64,000 nt of DNA from Desulfuromonadales bacterium (GTDB lineage Bacteria; Desulfobacterota; Desulfuromonadia; Desulfuromonadales; SZUA-540): contig JAWSUS010000008.1 of the NCBI GenBank assembly GCA_033549025.1, forward strand, positions 1 through 64,000, in the 5' to 3' direction. A program made the translations under genes and the position numbers. Below the pieces are notes generated by a model, which searched no databases, was not told the DNA's origin, and worked only from the letters and a program-made list of their open reading frames with translations. Below are positions 43,083 to 52,864 of the stretch, one piece after another (within the stretch, counting starts at the first letter, position 1; each line of letters opens with the position of its first letter).

Positions 43083-44358
43083 TGCCGCCTCCTTGTGTGA
43101 CCGCGCCGGAATCCGCGTCGATGGTCACCATGGCTGGCGGCTCGTTTTGCGGCGTGGGCGGGGCCTCCTTGTCATTGGGTTTGCCCTGGGACTCGGCGGA
43201 CTTGTCGCCCGCGCCCTTGCCGAGGGCGTTCTTCTTGAGTTTGAGTTCGCAGAGATAGCCAGCGCCGCTGATGCTGTGGCGCACCGAGTGACAGTAATAG
43301 ATGCCGGAAAACTTCCGTCCCACGCCCTTGATCTCGACGTTTTTCTTGGCGCGTAGCTGGGGAATGCCGATGGTGGCCGCATCCGCCTCGACCTGGCGCA
43401 GCTCGGCCTCGCGGAATTTGCCTTCGGCGCTGTCCTGGGCGGGCTCCTGGCGCGGCTCTTCGTGAAAGCCTTCGGAACGGTCGAAGCTGGGCACGATCTG
43501 CCCCGTCTCCTGTTCCTTGAAGCTGCCTTCGCCGGTGTTGCCGTCGACCAGATAGGTCTGCTTGCCCAGGGCCGTCCGCTCGGGCGTGGTGGCGTTGTTG
43601 GCCTTGTGCTCGGCCACGTCCTTCTTGCGCGGGTCGATACCGACCGTCTTGGTCTCGACACCCGCGCCCTTGGCTCCCTGGGATTGGGTGCTGGGGCGGA
43701 ACGAGCGCAGCAGGCCCTTGGTGTCGGTGAAATATTCGAGGGTCAGAAGCGGCGTCTGGTCGAGCTCGCGGGGATGGAAATGGAGTTCGTCGTCCTGGAT
43801 GTAGAAGACATAGCCGCTCACGCCGTCGCCATCGCGGTCACGGGCCTTTTCCGCCAGCTCCTTGAGGAACTGGGCGTCCGAGATGTTGCTCTGGGTGACG
43901 CGGAGATGTGTTCCCTTGGTGGCCGTGACCACCGGGGTGAGGCCGTTGGCGGCGGCGATCTGTTCGGCGATTTCCGAATAGAGGATGCCGGGAGCGGGTT
44001 TCTGCCAGACCTTCTGGTTCTCCTTGCCCGCGAGTTTGAAGCCCTTGTCGTAGGCCTTGATGCGGATGGTCGGGTCGCCGTTTTCCGGAAAGTCGTAATC
44101 GATGTCCTTGATGACCGCCTTCTTGCGCGGAGAGAGGTTCCCCACGTAGCCGAAGCGGGCCACGATCTCGTTGCCTTCCTGGAACAGCGGATCGTCGACG
44201 AACTGCAGGTTGCGGTCGGTCACCGACAGTTCGAGGACATCCAGCTCCTCCTCGTTGTCGGTGAATATGAACGAGGTGATCTCCTGGGTGATGTCCTTCG
44301 AGAGGTCTTGCCCCTCGATCTGAATCAGAAATGTCGGTTTGAAGGTATCCAGATCCAT
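43075..44358 (-). CDS. Phage late control D / baseplate hub protein
   Basis: QSNISDAQFLKELA, YIQDDELHF, IGIPQLRA...GVGRKFSGIYY..SVRHSI motifs. Confidence 0.88.
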   Translation of the reverse strand: MDLDTFKPTFLIQIEGQDLSKDITQEITSFIFTDNEEELDVLELSVTDRNLQFVDDPLFQEGNEIVARFGYVGNLSPRKKAVIKDIDYDFPENGDPTIRIKAYDKGFKLAGKENQKVWQKPAPGILYSEIAEQIAAANGLTPVVTATKGTHLRVTQSNISDAQFLKELAEKARDRDGDGVSGYVFYIQDDELHFHPRELDQTPLLTLEYFTDTKGLLRSFRPSTQSQGAKGAGVETKTVGIDPRKKDVAEHKANNATTPERTALGKQTYLVDGNTGEGSFKEQETGQIVPSFDRSEGFHEEPRQEPAQDSAEGKFREAELRQVEADAATIGIPQLRAKKNVEIKGVGRKFSGIYYCHSVRHSISGAGYLCELKLKKNALGKGAGDKSAESQGKPNDKEAPPTPQNEPPAMVTIDADSGAVTQGGGNG

Positions 44359-44388
44359 GCGTATCTCCGGCGGTTCGCAGTTCCCTGC

Positions 44389-44422
44389 TTACTTACCGGA
44401 AGGCATGGCGAGGTGTCGGAGG
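44389..44422 (-). promoter_or_regulatory. Conserved bipartite motif copy 2
   Basis: + strand TTACTTACCGGAAG-gcatggc-GAGGTGTCGGAGG, upstream of the gpD-like gene. Confidence 0.75.
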
Positions 44423-44424
44423 TC

Positions 44425-44715
44425 TCAGTCGAGCAGGCGCATCTGAACGTGTTCGCGGGAGGGAATTCGCAGTGCCAGGCCGGGCTCGAGCGCCAACGGG
44501 AAAAAGATGTCGTTGTAGTCGCAGATGATCCACCAGAGCCGGGCGTCACCCAGATAGCGGTGCGCGAGCAGATCCAGACGGTCGCCCTCAACCATGGTGT
44601 GCAGGCGGTCGTCATATCTCGGAGTAGTGTCGATCCGCTGGCGCATGCCGAGGGAGGTGCCGTCGCTGTCCCGGTAGAGAACGCAGCGGGCGTAGCGGGA
44701 ATCACGGCCGATCAT
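44425..44715 (-). CDS. Tail protein X / LysM-like baseplate protein
   Basis: SRY...HTMVEGDRLDLLAHRYLGDARLWWIICDYN...LRIP; ATG at 44715. Confidence 0.85.
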   Translation of the reverse strand: MIGRDSRYARCVLYRDSDGTSLGMRQRIDTTPRYDDRLHTMVEGDRLDLLAHRYLGDARLWWIICDYNDIFFPLALEPGLALRIPSREHVQMRLLD

Positions 44716-45182
44716 GAACGTACCTCCGACCAGTTGATGGAACGGTCCACGTATTCCTCGAGGACGATGTCCACCTCGGCACGTTGCGGCAGCAGGTTGT
44801 CCCGGTCGAACAGGCCGAAGAACCGCGCCTTCACCTGACGGACGATGCAGGTCACGCCCGGGTAGAGATCGCCGAAAATCAGCAGTACGCGGTGCGGCGC
44901 GTTCTTGAGCATGGTTCCGGCGTGTTCCGAATATTGCAGCGAGCGGAGCCAGTCGACCTTCTGTTTCACCGGCCCCTTGAACAGCTCGACCTTGAAGGCG
45001 ATCCGGCGCGGTTCCCCGGCGACGTACTGGTAGCGCGGGTGGCTCATACCGGGGATCTTGATCGTCGCGTAGTCGGTCGACTTCTCGTCGCTGATGGAGT
45101 TGGGGTTGTACTGGAATTCGAGCCGCTCCCCCGTGTCGGCGTCCACCAGATATCCCTTGATGGGTTGTTGATCCCAGGCCAT
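44712..45182 (-). CDS. Tail tube initiator (CIS tube-like) protein
   Basis: LEFQYNPNSIS..K...Y, YQYVAGEPR, PHRVLLIFG and P.RAEVDIVLEE motifs. Confidence 0.75.
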   Translation of the reverse strand: MAWDQQPIKGYLVDADTGERLEFQYNPNSISDEKSTDYATIKIPGMSHPRYQYVAGEPRRIAFKVELFKGPVKQKVDWLRSLQYSEHAGTMLKNAPHRVLLIFGDLYPGVTCIVRQVKARFFGLFDRDNLLPQRAEVDIVLEEYVDRSINWSEVRS

Positions 45183-45185
45183 TGC

Positions 45186-45497
45186 TTACACCTCGACGAT
45201 CTCGAGGATCGGTTTGCCCAGTTGTCCGGCCCGGTCGAGTTCCCGCCGCATGCCGTTGGAAATGCCGTTGCCGGTGAACGCCCACACCTCGTCGCAACAT
45301 TCCATGTAGGCCGGGCCGCAGGCGATGCCCGTCTCCCGCTGCTCGGGAACGCTGTCGTCGGTGAAGGTCGGATACAGCAGATGCGGCGCGAACGGCGCGT
45401 GACCGCTTCTCATGACCTGGCGGCAAAGTGCCTCGGCGACCTTGACGTTTCGGGCTATGTCGCCCGCGAACGGGCTGCAGACAAAGATGCGTTTCAT
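45186..45497 (-). CDS. Small nucleoside 2-deoxyribosyltransferase-like (DUF4406-like) protein
   Basis: IFVCSPFAGD..RN..A, PFAPHLLY and CDEVW....ISNGMRRE...A..LGKPI motifs. Confidence 0.75.
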   Translation of the reverse strand: MKRIFVCSPFAGDIARNVKVAEALCRQVMRSGHAPFAPHLLYPTFTDDSVPEQRETGIACGPAYMECCDEVWAFTGNGISNGMRRELDRAGQLGKPILEIVEV

Positions 45498-45505
45498 CGG
45501 TTCTC

Positions 45506-48500
45506 TCAAAGGGTTTCGTAGTTTCTGATCTTCCGCTCCCGAAGATCCTTGTAGACGGCCTCGGCCACCTTCCGGCCATCGATGTTGGTGGTCACGCTCA
45601 GTTCCACCGGTCGGTCGGCCAAGCCATTGAGGCGCGAGAGCAGCGATTCCAGCAGTTCGCGCAGCCCCGGACCGGCTTCCTCTCCGCGCATGGGTGTCGC
45701 GGGAGCGGTGCGAGCCGGAGCGATCAACCGCTCGGAAGGCACCGTCTCGGCGAGTCCCGATTGCAGGGGCTTCGCTATCGGAGTCGGCGCGGTTGTCTTG
45801 GGCCGCTCGATCCCGGCCGGAGCCAGAGAGGCTTCTACGTTTTCCAGTGCCGGTTCCACCGCGAACGGCTGGATATAGCTCTTACTTACCGGCTCGACGG
45901 CCGCCGCGACGGTCTGCACGATGCCGTTCATCGGTTGCGTAGTCGGCGCGGCAGTGGCCATGACCGGCTGGAGCATCAGCATGGCGCTCAGGGCCTTGGG
46001 CACCAGGCGCTCGTCCAGACGCGGCACGAGACTCAGCACGCTTTCGATGATGCGTTGCCCAATCGATTCAGCGGGCTGCGCGGTCTTGAGCGGTTGCTTC
46101 TGCTCGGCCACCTGCGGAATCGGGGTCCGGACTCCCAGCATGGCGCGAGCGGAGGAGAGTAAACCGTTGGCGATCCCGGCACTGCGATCCTTGATCGCCT
46201 GAATGCCCGCGCTCGCGCCGATGGAAAGCCGCTGCCAGAGGGTTTGCCCCCCGGCCCCGGCGCTGGCAAAGATTCGACCGACAGCGCCGGGCACGGCCGA
46301 CAGCGTGGCAACGATCCGGTCGCGGACATTGACGGCTCCCGTGGCCAGAGCGTCCCAGGCATTGACCTGGGACGGCTTGAGCGCCAAGTCAGGCGTACCG
46401 CCAAGCAGGGACTGTTTAAGACCGCCGAAGATGGCACCGGCCTTGGTCGCGACGGTTTGAGCCCCGGAGGTAAACCCATCCCAGAGTTTTCCAGCCATCC
46501 GGAAGGGAACCGAGGCGGCGTCCATAAGGTTGCCGCCCGCCGATTTAATCTGCTGCCAGGCTCCCGCAGCGGCCGAGAGAATCCCGCGAGCGGCGAAGCC
46601 GAACACTTTTGCGGGCAGCGACTGGGTAAGGCTCATGCCGTCGGCGAGGGTCTTGAGCAGCGCGGAACCGGAGGCGGTCAGGCTGGCGAGTGGTCCCTCG
46701 CGGGCATCGGAGAACGGCAGCAGATTGCGCAGCTTGCCCAGGGCGTTCTTGAGCATGGTGAAGGGATAGGTCACCGCCGACCAGATCCCTTCGCCCAGGG
46801 TGATCAGCAGCTTTTTGCCCGCCTCGAAGAAAGTGGTGTCCCCGGCGAAGAAGGAGCGCACGGTGGCAAACAGCTCACGCAGGGTGCTGATAATCGGCAG
46901 ATTCAGAATCGCCTGGCCGATCTGTCCAGCGGCGTCGGCAACCAGGCGTCCGATGGAGGTGAATATCCCGGAAAAGAAATTCCAGACGCCAACCACCACA
47001 TCCCGCGCCCAGCGGAACGGGGTGGCAAGAAAATCGTAGACCGCGCCGCCAATGGCCTTCAGGCCGTCGAGCAGAGAGATATCTCCGCTCAGCACCTGCC
47101 AGACCGCATAGACGATCTTCCCAGCGGCCACGAAGGCCTCGCCGATCATCCGCACGGGCAACAGAAACTTGTAGATGAACTTGGCGGCACCGACCAAAGT
47201 GCCGACGATGATCTTGCCGACCCAGACCACGCTGCGCACCACCACCGCCAGGGCTCGCACGATGAGCGACAGGTTCCAGGCCACGATTTTCAGGGCGAAC
47301 GCCAACCCCTGCAGAAGCACACCGGCGACGGTGCCGATAACCGTGCCGAAGGTGCGCCAGGACGACCCATCGGTGGCGCTGGCGGCCACGCCGAAGATCT
47401 CCACCACCGAAAAGACCGCGCTGGCCAGCGCCGCATAGGCACTCATCAGTGTGCGGACGGTCGGTTCGAGGATGGCGCGGATGCGGCCAAAGGCATGGGA
47501 GAACGCGCCCCACAATCCGGCCATGGACTCACGAACCCGGTAATAGGCCTTGAAAACGGTGACCACGAAGCCCAACAGCCCGGCGGATTCGAGCTTCTGT
47601 GCCAGTTCGGCCGACATCTGCCCGACGCCGCCGCTGAGAGAGCCCACCAGCTCTCTGATCCCCTGGAAGACCAGCGAGACCTTGTTCCAGGCCCCGGTGA
47701 TGATCTCCTGAATGCCGCCGAAGTTGGTTTCCCAGGCGCGTTTGAGCAGATACACCGACAGGATCACGCCCGCGATGATCGCGGTAACAGGCAGAAAATA
47801 GGTCGCGACCGCCGAACCCACCCCGGCGAGCGCGGCGCTTATGGCCACGACCCCGGCCTTGATGGCGGGCAGCATGAGTCCCACCATGCCCACGGCGGCG
47901 GTGACGGCTCCGGCCACGACCAAAATGGTGCCGAGGGCCATGGATAGTCCAAGGACCACCCGGGTCACGCCCGGCATCGATTTGGCCATGCGCTGCAGGA
48001 ACAGAATGACGCGGGAGACGCCGTTGATCACCGGCGTGACCACCGGCAACAAGGTGCGACCCAGGATTTCGCTGAGGTTGGCCATCTGCTGGCGCAGGAG
48101 CAGGAACCGGGCTCCGATGTCCTGGTTCATGGCGTCGGCCATCTGTTCGGTGACCGCCGTGCCGGTCTTCATGGCTCGGCCAACCGACTGGATATTGCCT
48201 TCGAGGCTCTCCGTGCCCGCCGACATCTGCAGCAGGAACTTGACCGCCTCGTCGGAACCGAAGGCCTTCTTCAGCTTCACCTGGGCGGCGGCGTTGGAGA
48301 GATCGGGAAACTGGCGCTTGATCTCCTGCAGGATGGGAACCACGCCCTTGAGACGGCCACTGGTGTCGGTGAAGGACAGGCCAAGCTCGTCACCGGCCTC
48401 GGCCGCCTTCATGATGAACGCCTTGTACAGCGTGCCCGCCTCGGAGCCGGGCATGGTGGTCTGGAGCTGGCCGAGCACGGCGAGCTGCTCGTTCAGGGGA

Positions 48501-49141
48501 ATGTTGCTCGCGGCCGCCACCGCGCCGATGTTCTTGATGGCGTCGGCCATCTGGGTGCCGTTGGTCTTGAACGAGGCCACGGTCTGCGCCATGGCTCCGG
48601 AAAAGGCGGTCGCCCATTCCATGTCGTTCATGTCGGCCATGATGGGCTTGAAGATCCCGTAGGCCGTGGTGAAGGTGCCAACCATCTCCTGGGTGGTGGC
48701 CTTGGTCGCCTTGGCCGTCATGGCGGCCATGGAGGTGAAGACGCCCACCGCCTCGTCGCTGAGGTTGGACAGGGCCGATTTCACATCGTAGGTGGCAGTG
48801 ATGAACGCCGCCTTGTCGGCACCGGACCACTGGTTGGTGAAGGATTCTGCGGCGTCCTCGATGGCCCGGAGGTCCTGCACGCCGAGGGACGCCAGCTCGC
48901 CCAGAGCCTTCTGGGTCGCGGCGGTGGAGGCGACCAGGGCGGCGGGCACTGCCATCAGGGCCAGTCCCGCCCCCAGCATCATGGTCCCTTGCTGGATGCG
49001 GTCCAGGTTGCGGGTCATCCGCTCGCTAGCATCCGCCACGGTGGAATCGAGGTCCATCATGGAACCACGGATGCGCTGCGCGTTCTGCGAGAACGCATCC
49101 TTCATCGATACCACTATGCCCAGTCCGAGATCGCCGTTCAT
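45506..49141 (-). CDS. Phage tail tape measure protein
   Basis: 1211-aa Ala/Gly-rich helical protein with TP901-like GSEAGTLYKA and KKAFGSDEA core; position after chaperone. Confidence 0.92.
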   Translation of the reverse strand: MNGDLGLGIVVSMKDAFSQNAQRIRGSMMDLDSTVADASERMTRNLDRIQQGTMMLGAGLALMAVPAALVASTAATQKALGELASLGVQDLRAIEDAAESFTNQWSGADKAAFITATYDVKSALSNLSDEAVGVFTSMAAMTAKATKATTQEMVGTFTTAYGIFKPIMADMNDMEWATAFSGAMAQTVASFKTNGTQMADAIKNIGAVAAASNIPLNEQLAVLGQLQTTMPGSEAGTLYKAFIMKAAEAGDELGLSFTDTSGRLKGVVPILQEIKRQFPDLSNAAAQVKLKKAFGSDEAVKFLLQMSAGTESLEGNIQSVGRAMKTGTAVTEQMADAMNQDIGARFLLLRQQMANLSEILGRTLLPVVTPVINGVSRVILFLQRMAKSMPGVTRVVLGLSMALGTILVVAGAVTAAVGMVGLMLPAIKAGVVAISAALAGVGSAVATYFLPVTAIIAGVILSVYLLKRAWETNFGGIQEIITGAWNKVSLVFQGIRELVGSLSGGVGQMSAELAQKLESAGLLGFVVTVFKAYYRVRESMAGLWGAFSHAFGRIRAILEPTVRTLMSAYAALASAVFSVVEIFGVAASATDGSSWRTFGTVIGTVAGVLLQGLAFALKIVAWNLSLIVRALAVVVRSVVWVGKIIVGTLVGAAKFIYKFLLPVRMIGEAFVAAGKIVYAVWQVLSGDISLLDGLKAIGGAVYDFLATPFRWARDVVVGVWNFFSGIFTSIGRLVADAAGQIGQAILNLPIISTLRELFATVRSFFAGDTTFFEAGKKLLITLGEGIWSAVTYPFTMLKNALGKLRNLLPFSDAREGPLASLTASGSALLKTLADGMSLTQSLPAKVFGFAARGILSAAAGAWQQIKSAGGNLMDAASVPFRMAGKLWDGFTSGAQTVATKAGAIFGGLKQSLLGGTPDLALKPSQVNAWDALATGAVNVRDRIVATLSAVPGAVGRIFASAGAGGQTLWQRLSIGASAGIQAIKDRSAGIANGLLSSARAMLGVRTPIPQVAEQKQPLKTAQPAESIGQRIIESVLSLVPRLDERLVPKALSAMLMLQPVMATAAPTTQPMNGIVQTVAAAVEPVSKSYIQPFAVEPALENVEASLAPAGIERPKTTAPTPIAKPLQSGLAETVPSERLIAPARTAPATPMRGEEAGPGLRELLESLLSRLNGLADRPVELSVTTNIDGRKVAEAVYKDLRERKIRNYETL

Positions 49142-49312
49142 CTATCGCCGTTCCGTTTGCTCACGTTCAAAATCAAGTTGCCGCTCGAGGGCCTCGACGA
49201 ACTGACGCCGGACCCCGAGCGGCAGCGAGCGGGTTTCCGACCAGCCCCAGTGCAGTCCGCCGTAAGCGAGAAAGAATGCGTCGCTTACAAGCGAACTCCG
49301 GGGAACAAAAAA
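49142..49312 (-). CDS. Tail assembly chaperone -1 frameshift extension (gpE'/gpT-like)
   Basis: Frame reached from T TTT TTG; FFLAYGGLHWGWSETRSLPLGVRRQFV ends 1 nt before the tape measure start. Confidence 0.75.
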   Translation of the reverse strand, partial: FFVPRSSLVSDAFFLAYGGLHWGWSETRSLPLGVRRQFVEALERQLDFEREQTERR

Positions 49313-49962
49313 GCCGGTTCGGCCTCCAGGCGGGTACGGATCTTGGTGCCGCAGCCATCGCAATCGGTCTCGACCGAGGTGTCGATTCCCGCGTCGACCC
49401 GCGACATCTCCTGCCGCAGCGCGTTGCGGTCGCGCATCGACATTTCCGCCAGGCTCTTCTTGGAGGGAGCCTTGCCGTCGATGTCGAGGACGCGGATGAG
49501 CATGGCCGAGGTGATGTTGGGCTCGCGCAGGCTGGCCAGACGCTTTTCCTTGTGGCCATCGAGATATCCGAAGCGCACGGTTTTCTTCGAGCCGGGCAGC
49601 TTGAAGGCGAACTCCCGCTCCTCGCCGTAGGGGGTGACCTTGAGATCCTCGAGATTGATGGTCACAAAGTTGGTCATGCGGCAGGAGCTGTTCGGGCAGC
49701 TCAGCTCCAGCTCCACCTCGTCGCCGAGGGAAATCTGGCGCAGGCGGACCAGGGCGAACAGCCGGTCACCCGAGAGCAGGTTCATCACCTCGGCGAGATC
49801 GGGATCGGTCTTCTCGCCCAGCCGGACGAAACAGTTGCGGAGCACCTGGTTGATCGCCTCTCCGGAACGGATCAGGCGCTGGTTGGTGAGCAGTTCTTCC
49901 TCGGCCCCGGTCATTTCCCGAAGCTCGAGTTCAGTGCCGCTTGGCAGTTCAAAGCTGTACAT
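49285..49962 (-). CDS. Tail assembly chaperone
   Basis: ELPSG..LREMTGAEEE, LLSGDRLFALVRLRQISLG and two Cys pairs (CPNSSC, CDGC); lies between tube and tape measure. Confidence 0.8.
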   Translation of the reverse strand: MYSFELPSGTELELREMTGAEEELLTNQRLIRSGEAINQVLRNCFVRLGEKTDPDLAEVMNLLSGDRLFALVRLRQISLGDEVELELSCPNSSCRMTNFVTINLEDLKVTPYGEEREFAFKLPGSKKTVRFGYLDGHKEKRLASLREPNITSAMLIRVLDIDGKAPSKKSLAEMSMRDRNALRQEMSRVDAGIDTSVETDCDGCGTKIRTRLEAEPAFLFPGVRL

Positions 49963-49977
49963 GGTCGATCCTCCGTT

Positions 49978-50439
49978 TTAGGTCCAGTATTGGAAGCAGA
50001 TGGTGAGCTTCTCGATGGTGTTCTCGGTGTTGCCGCCTTCGAGCTCGTCGTATTCGAGCGCCTTCACCCAGGCACCGTGCAGGGTCCAGCGGCGGGTCTC
50101 GTTGCCGGTGCGGTCGTAGCGGACAACGTCGATGTCGCGCATGTAGTCGGCCGGAAGGCCGCCGGTGACGGCGTTCACGTCCACCTGTTTCTTGATCCAT
50201 TCGCGGGCCGCCTCGTCGGAGCCGTCCTGCAGGGTGCCTTTCTCGAGGGTGATGTCCTCGAACTTGACCCGCCCTGCCACCTTTTGGTCGAACATCGAAC
50301 CGGCCGGGGCAAAGGCCACTTCCTCGAATTCGGTTTTTGGCTCCTGTCCCTTGTGGAACAGGGCCACGTCGAAGCCATTTACCTCGATGGCGAATTGCCA
50401 GTTCTGGTAAAGGCTCTTGGGCATGTTTCCGCTTCTCAT
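49978..50439 (-). CDS. Tail tube protein (T4 gp19-like)
   Basis: FAIEVNG, KVAGRVKFEDITLEKG and RRWTLHGAWVK....L......IEKLTI motifs. Confidence 0.92.
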   Translation of the reverse strand: MRSGNMPKSLYQNWQFAIEVNGFDVALFHKGQEPKTEFEEVAFAPAGSMFDQKVAGRVKFEDITLEKGTLQDGSDEAAREWIKKQVDVNAVTGGLPADYMRDIDVVRYDRTGNETRRWTLHGAWVKALEYDELEGGNTENTIEKLTICFQYWT

Positions 50440-50454
50440 AGCCGTGTTCTCCCG

Positions 50455-51984
50455 TTAGATGATTTCTTTGAAGTCCGCGCCGGTGCTGGTCAGGATGAAG
50501 TTCAGCTCGATGAACTCCGCCGTCTTGGTCGGCTTGACGAACACGCGGGCCACCATTTCGTTGCGGTCGATGACCGCCGGGGTATTGGTCTCCTCGTCGC
50601 ACTGGAATGCGAAGTCGTAGAGGCCACCCTTGTCCTTGATGTCCTGCAGGAAGGGGTTGATCAGGCGGCCGAGGGCACGCCAGGTCTGGGGATGGTTCGG
50701 CTCGAACACCACGAAGCGGGAGGATTCCGAGATGGCTTCCTCCATGAACATCATCAGACGGCGGACGTTGATGCGATCCACGGCCGAGGGCTGGCTCTGC
50801 AGTGTCTTCTGCCCCCAGATGTTGATGCCGGTGTCGGGGAACACGGCGATGACGTTGACCCCTTCCGGATAGAGCACATCGCGCTCGCCACGGCTGGTCT
50901 TGTAGGCCAGGGAGAGCGTGTTGAAGATGCGGCCCCGGTCGATACCGGCGGGCGCGTTCCAGACGTTGGTCTTCTGGTCGCTGCGGGCGATGCAGCCCGC
51001 CACCGCGCCGCAGGGCGGCACCAGCTTCTTGCGCGAGTTGACCGGATCGCTGATCTCCAGCCAGGGGTAGTAGAGCGCCGCGTAGGAGGAGTTGAAAGCC
51101 GCGTGGCTGTACATCCCTTGTCCCTTGCGGAAGTCGACCGCTTCGAGCGGCTCCAGGTGCATGGGCGTGTCGGCGATAAACAGCAGGTCCTTGCGCCCTT
51201 CGGCATAGGCGATTCCGGCGTTGATCACCGGCACTGTCGTGACGCCGGGGACCATCAGCAGGTTCAGGGCGTCGATCTCGTCAAAGCCATAGAGACCGGT
51301 ATGCTGCGAGGGATCGCCGATGAAATCCGCATCGGCCAGATCGGTCAGCCCGTTGTCGCCGCCGCTGAGCGTGAACACGCCCAATCCTGGACGGTCGCCG
51401 GGCGTTCCCGTTGCTGTGGCCAGATCCTGGACCAGGATGAAATCCGAGCGGTCGTTGATCGCCAGCTCCACATGGTTCGGCAGCGTCTCGTCCATGCTCA
51501 GATCCTTGAACACCTCGACCACATCGCCTTTGTGCCGGACCACCAGGTTGAAATGGTTGGCCGGATCGAGAGAACCGTCCTCGATGGAGATGGAGAGTCG
51601 GTCGCCCCAGACGCCTTCGTTCACTGCTTCTATCCGCAGGGTGTCGGCGGGCGTGGCCTCCCGGTTCTGCAGCACGATGGAAGACTTCAGCGCCGTCAGG
51701 GTGTCCCGGTCGGTGGGATCGGTGAGATGGGCAATACGGGTGACATAGAGGACCGAGCCGCCGTTGTCGAAAAACGCCCGGGCGGCGTAGGCCAGATAGC
51801 TCTCGTTGATATAGGAGCCGAAACGGTTGATGAACTGCTCCCAGCTCGTCACCAGCACGGGCTTGTTGATCGGGCCTTTCTCGGCCACCCCGACCATGGC
51901 GGCCGACGAGGTCGAGATCTGCTTCACATAGAAACTGAAATCCGTTTCCCGGGTGTAAATCCCGGGGGATAGATAGGTCGGCAT
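50455..51984 (-). CDS. Tail sheath protein
   Basis: YLSPGIYTRE, FFDNGG, YAALYYPW, PPCGAVAG, WNAPAG, WGQKT, INVRRL, FEPN and P.KTAEFI motifs. Confidence 0.96.
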   Translation of the reverse strand: MPTYLSPGIYTRETDFSFYVKQISTSSAAMVGVAEKGPINKPVLVTSWEQFINRFGSYINESYLAYAARAFFDNGGSVLYVTRIAHLTDPTDRDTLTALKSSIVLQNREATPADTLRIEAVNEGVWGDRLSISIEDGSLDPANHFNLVVRHKGDVVEVFKDLSMDETLPNHVELAINDRSDFILVQDLATATGTPGDRPGLGVFTLSGGDNGLTDLADADFIGDPSQHTGLYGFDEIDALNLLMVPGVTTVPVINAGIAYAEGRKDLLFIADTPMHLEPLEAVDFRKGQGMYSHAAFNSSYAALYYPWLEISDPVNSRKKLVPPCGAVAGCIARSDQKTNVWNAPAGIDRGRIFNTLSLAYKTSRGERDVLYPEGVNVIAVFPDTGINIWGQKTLQSQPSAVDRINVRRLMMFMEEAISESSRFVVFEPNHPQTWRALGRLINPFLQDIKDKGGLYDFAFQCDEETNTPAVIDRNEMVARVFVKPTKTAEFIELNFILTSTGADFKEII

Positions 51985-51986
51985 GG

Positions 51987-52244
51987 TTATTTCCTCCGCT
52001 TGCTGGTGGTCTTAGCCTCATCGGTTCCGACGTCCTCGGTCGCCGTGGGCTTTTCCGGCTCCGGTTCCGCGCCGCCGGTCAGGTCGGTGATGCGCACCAG
52101 GCCGCGTTTCCCGGCGGTCTTGATCTCGGCGGAGAGGTCCTTGCGGGCGATGCTCTTGCGCTCTCGCGGTCCGAGGTGGAGGGTTCCCTGGCCGGAGAGG
52201 TTGAACGTCAGGGGTTGGAACTGCAGGTTTCTGATCTCGATCAC
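51987..52244 (-). CDS. Hypothetical phage protein
   Basis: 85-aa ORF with AGGAG RBS directly before the sheath gene. Confidence 0.65.
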   Translation of the reverse strand: MIEIRNLQFQPLTFNLSGQGTLHLGPRERKSIARKDLSAEIKTAGKRGLVRITDLTGGAEPEPEKPTATEDVGTDEAKTTSKRRK

Positions 52245-52256
52245 GGTTGTTCTCCT

Positions 52257-52805
52257 TTACGGTTGAATGGTTCGTTGCTCTGTCACGTCGCCGTGAAACT
52301 GGAAGGTCCGGTCCCGGATCAGCCGACCGTCGCGCAGGTCGCCGTCGTACACCGGGCAGGATTCGATACGGATGCGTCCGGAGCTTTGCCGGAGGTTGGA
52401 GAGGTTCACCCAGGCCAGACCGCCCAGAGGAACCAGTTCGGTGAGGTTCAAGCTGCCCTGGTCTGCGATGGCGATCTCCGGGTAAAGCTGAAGGAACCGC
52501 GATACCGACTCGTGAAAACCGAGCAGTTCGGCCTCCCGATCCACGGTTACCACCAGGTCGAAATCGAGGTGATAGAGCCGGGGAAACCGGCACTCCTCGA
52601 AAGTCAGCTCCGCGATATTCTTCTCGAACAGGCGGCTCTGGCTGCGGCGGAAACGGTCTTCCGTCAACTTCGGCCCCTGGAGGATGACGCTGGGAGTGCG
52701 CTGGACCTCGAACAGGTCATCCGGGAACACCAGCACGGTGTCCGAGTGGATGGCCTGCTTGGCCAGGCGGATCAGGGTTTCTGTGACGGTCTGTATCGTG
52801 CTCAA
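52257..52805 (-). CDS. Putative tail terminator/neck protein
   Basis: TTG start after GGAGG; position upstream of sheath; PRLYHLDFDLVV motif. Confidence 0.55.
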   Translation of the reverse strand: MSTIQTVTETLIRLAKQAIHSDTVLVFPDDLFEVQRTPSVILQGPKLTEDRFRRSQSRLFEKNIAELTFEECRFPRLYHLDFDLVVTVDREAELLGFHESVSRFLQLYPEIAIADQGSLNLTELVPLGGLAWVNLSNLRQSSGRIRIESCPVYDGDLRDGRLIRDRTFQFHGDVTEQRTIQP

Positions 52806-52829
52806 GGGACGCCTCCGTTTTCTGCCTGG

Positions 52830-52863
52830 TTACTTACCGGAAGCGCTGGCGATGTGTCGGAGG
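52830..52863 (-). promoter_or_regulatory. Conserved bipartite motif copy 3
   Basis: + strand TTACTTACCGGAAG-cgctggc-GATGTGTCGGAGG, upstream of the tail block. Confidence 0.75.
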
Positions 52864-52864
52864 C

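Noticed and set aside
40603..52805. Stand-alone eCIS, tailocin or T6SS locus
   Set aside because: Contiguous capsid, protease, MuF and neck genes plus a long tape measure indicate a phage; no T6SS membrane complex or eCIS AAA+ ATPase seen
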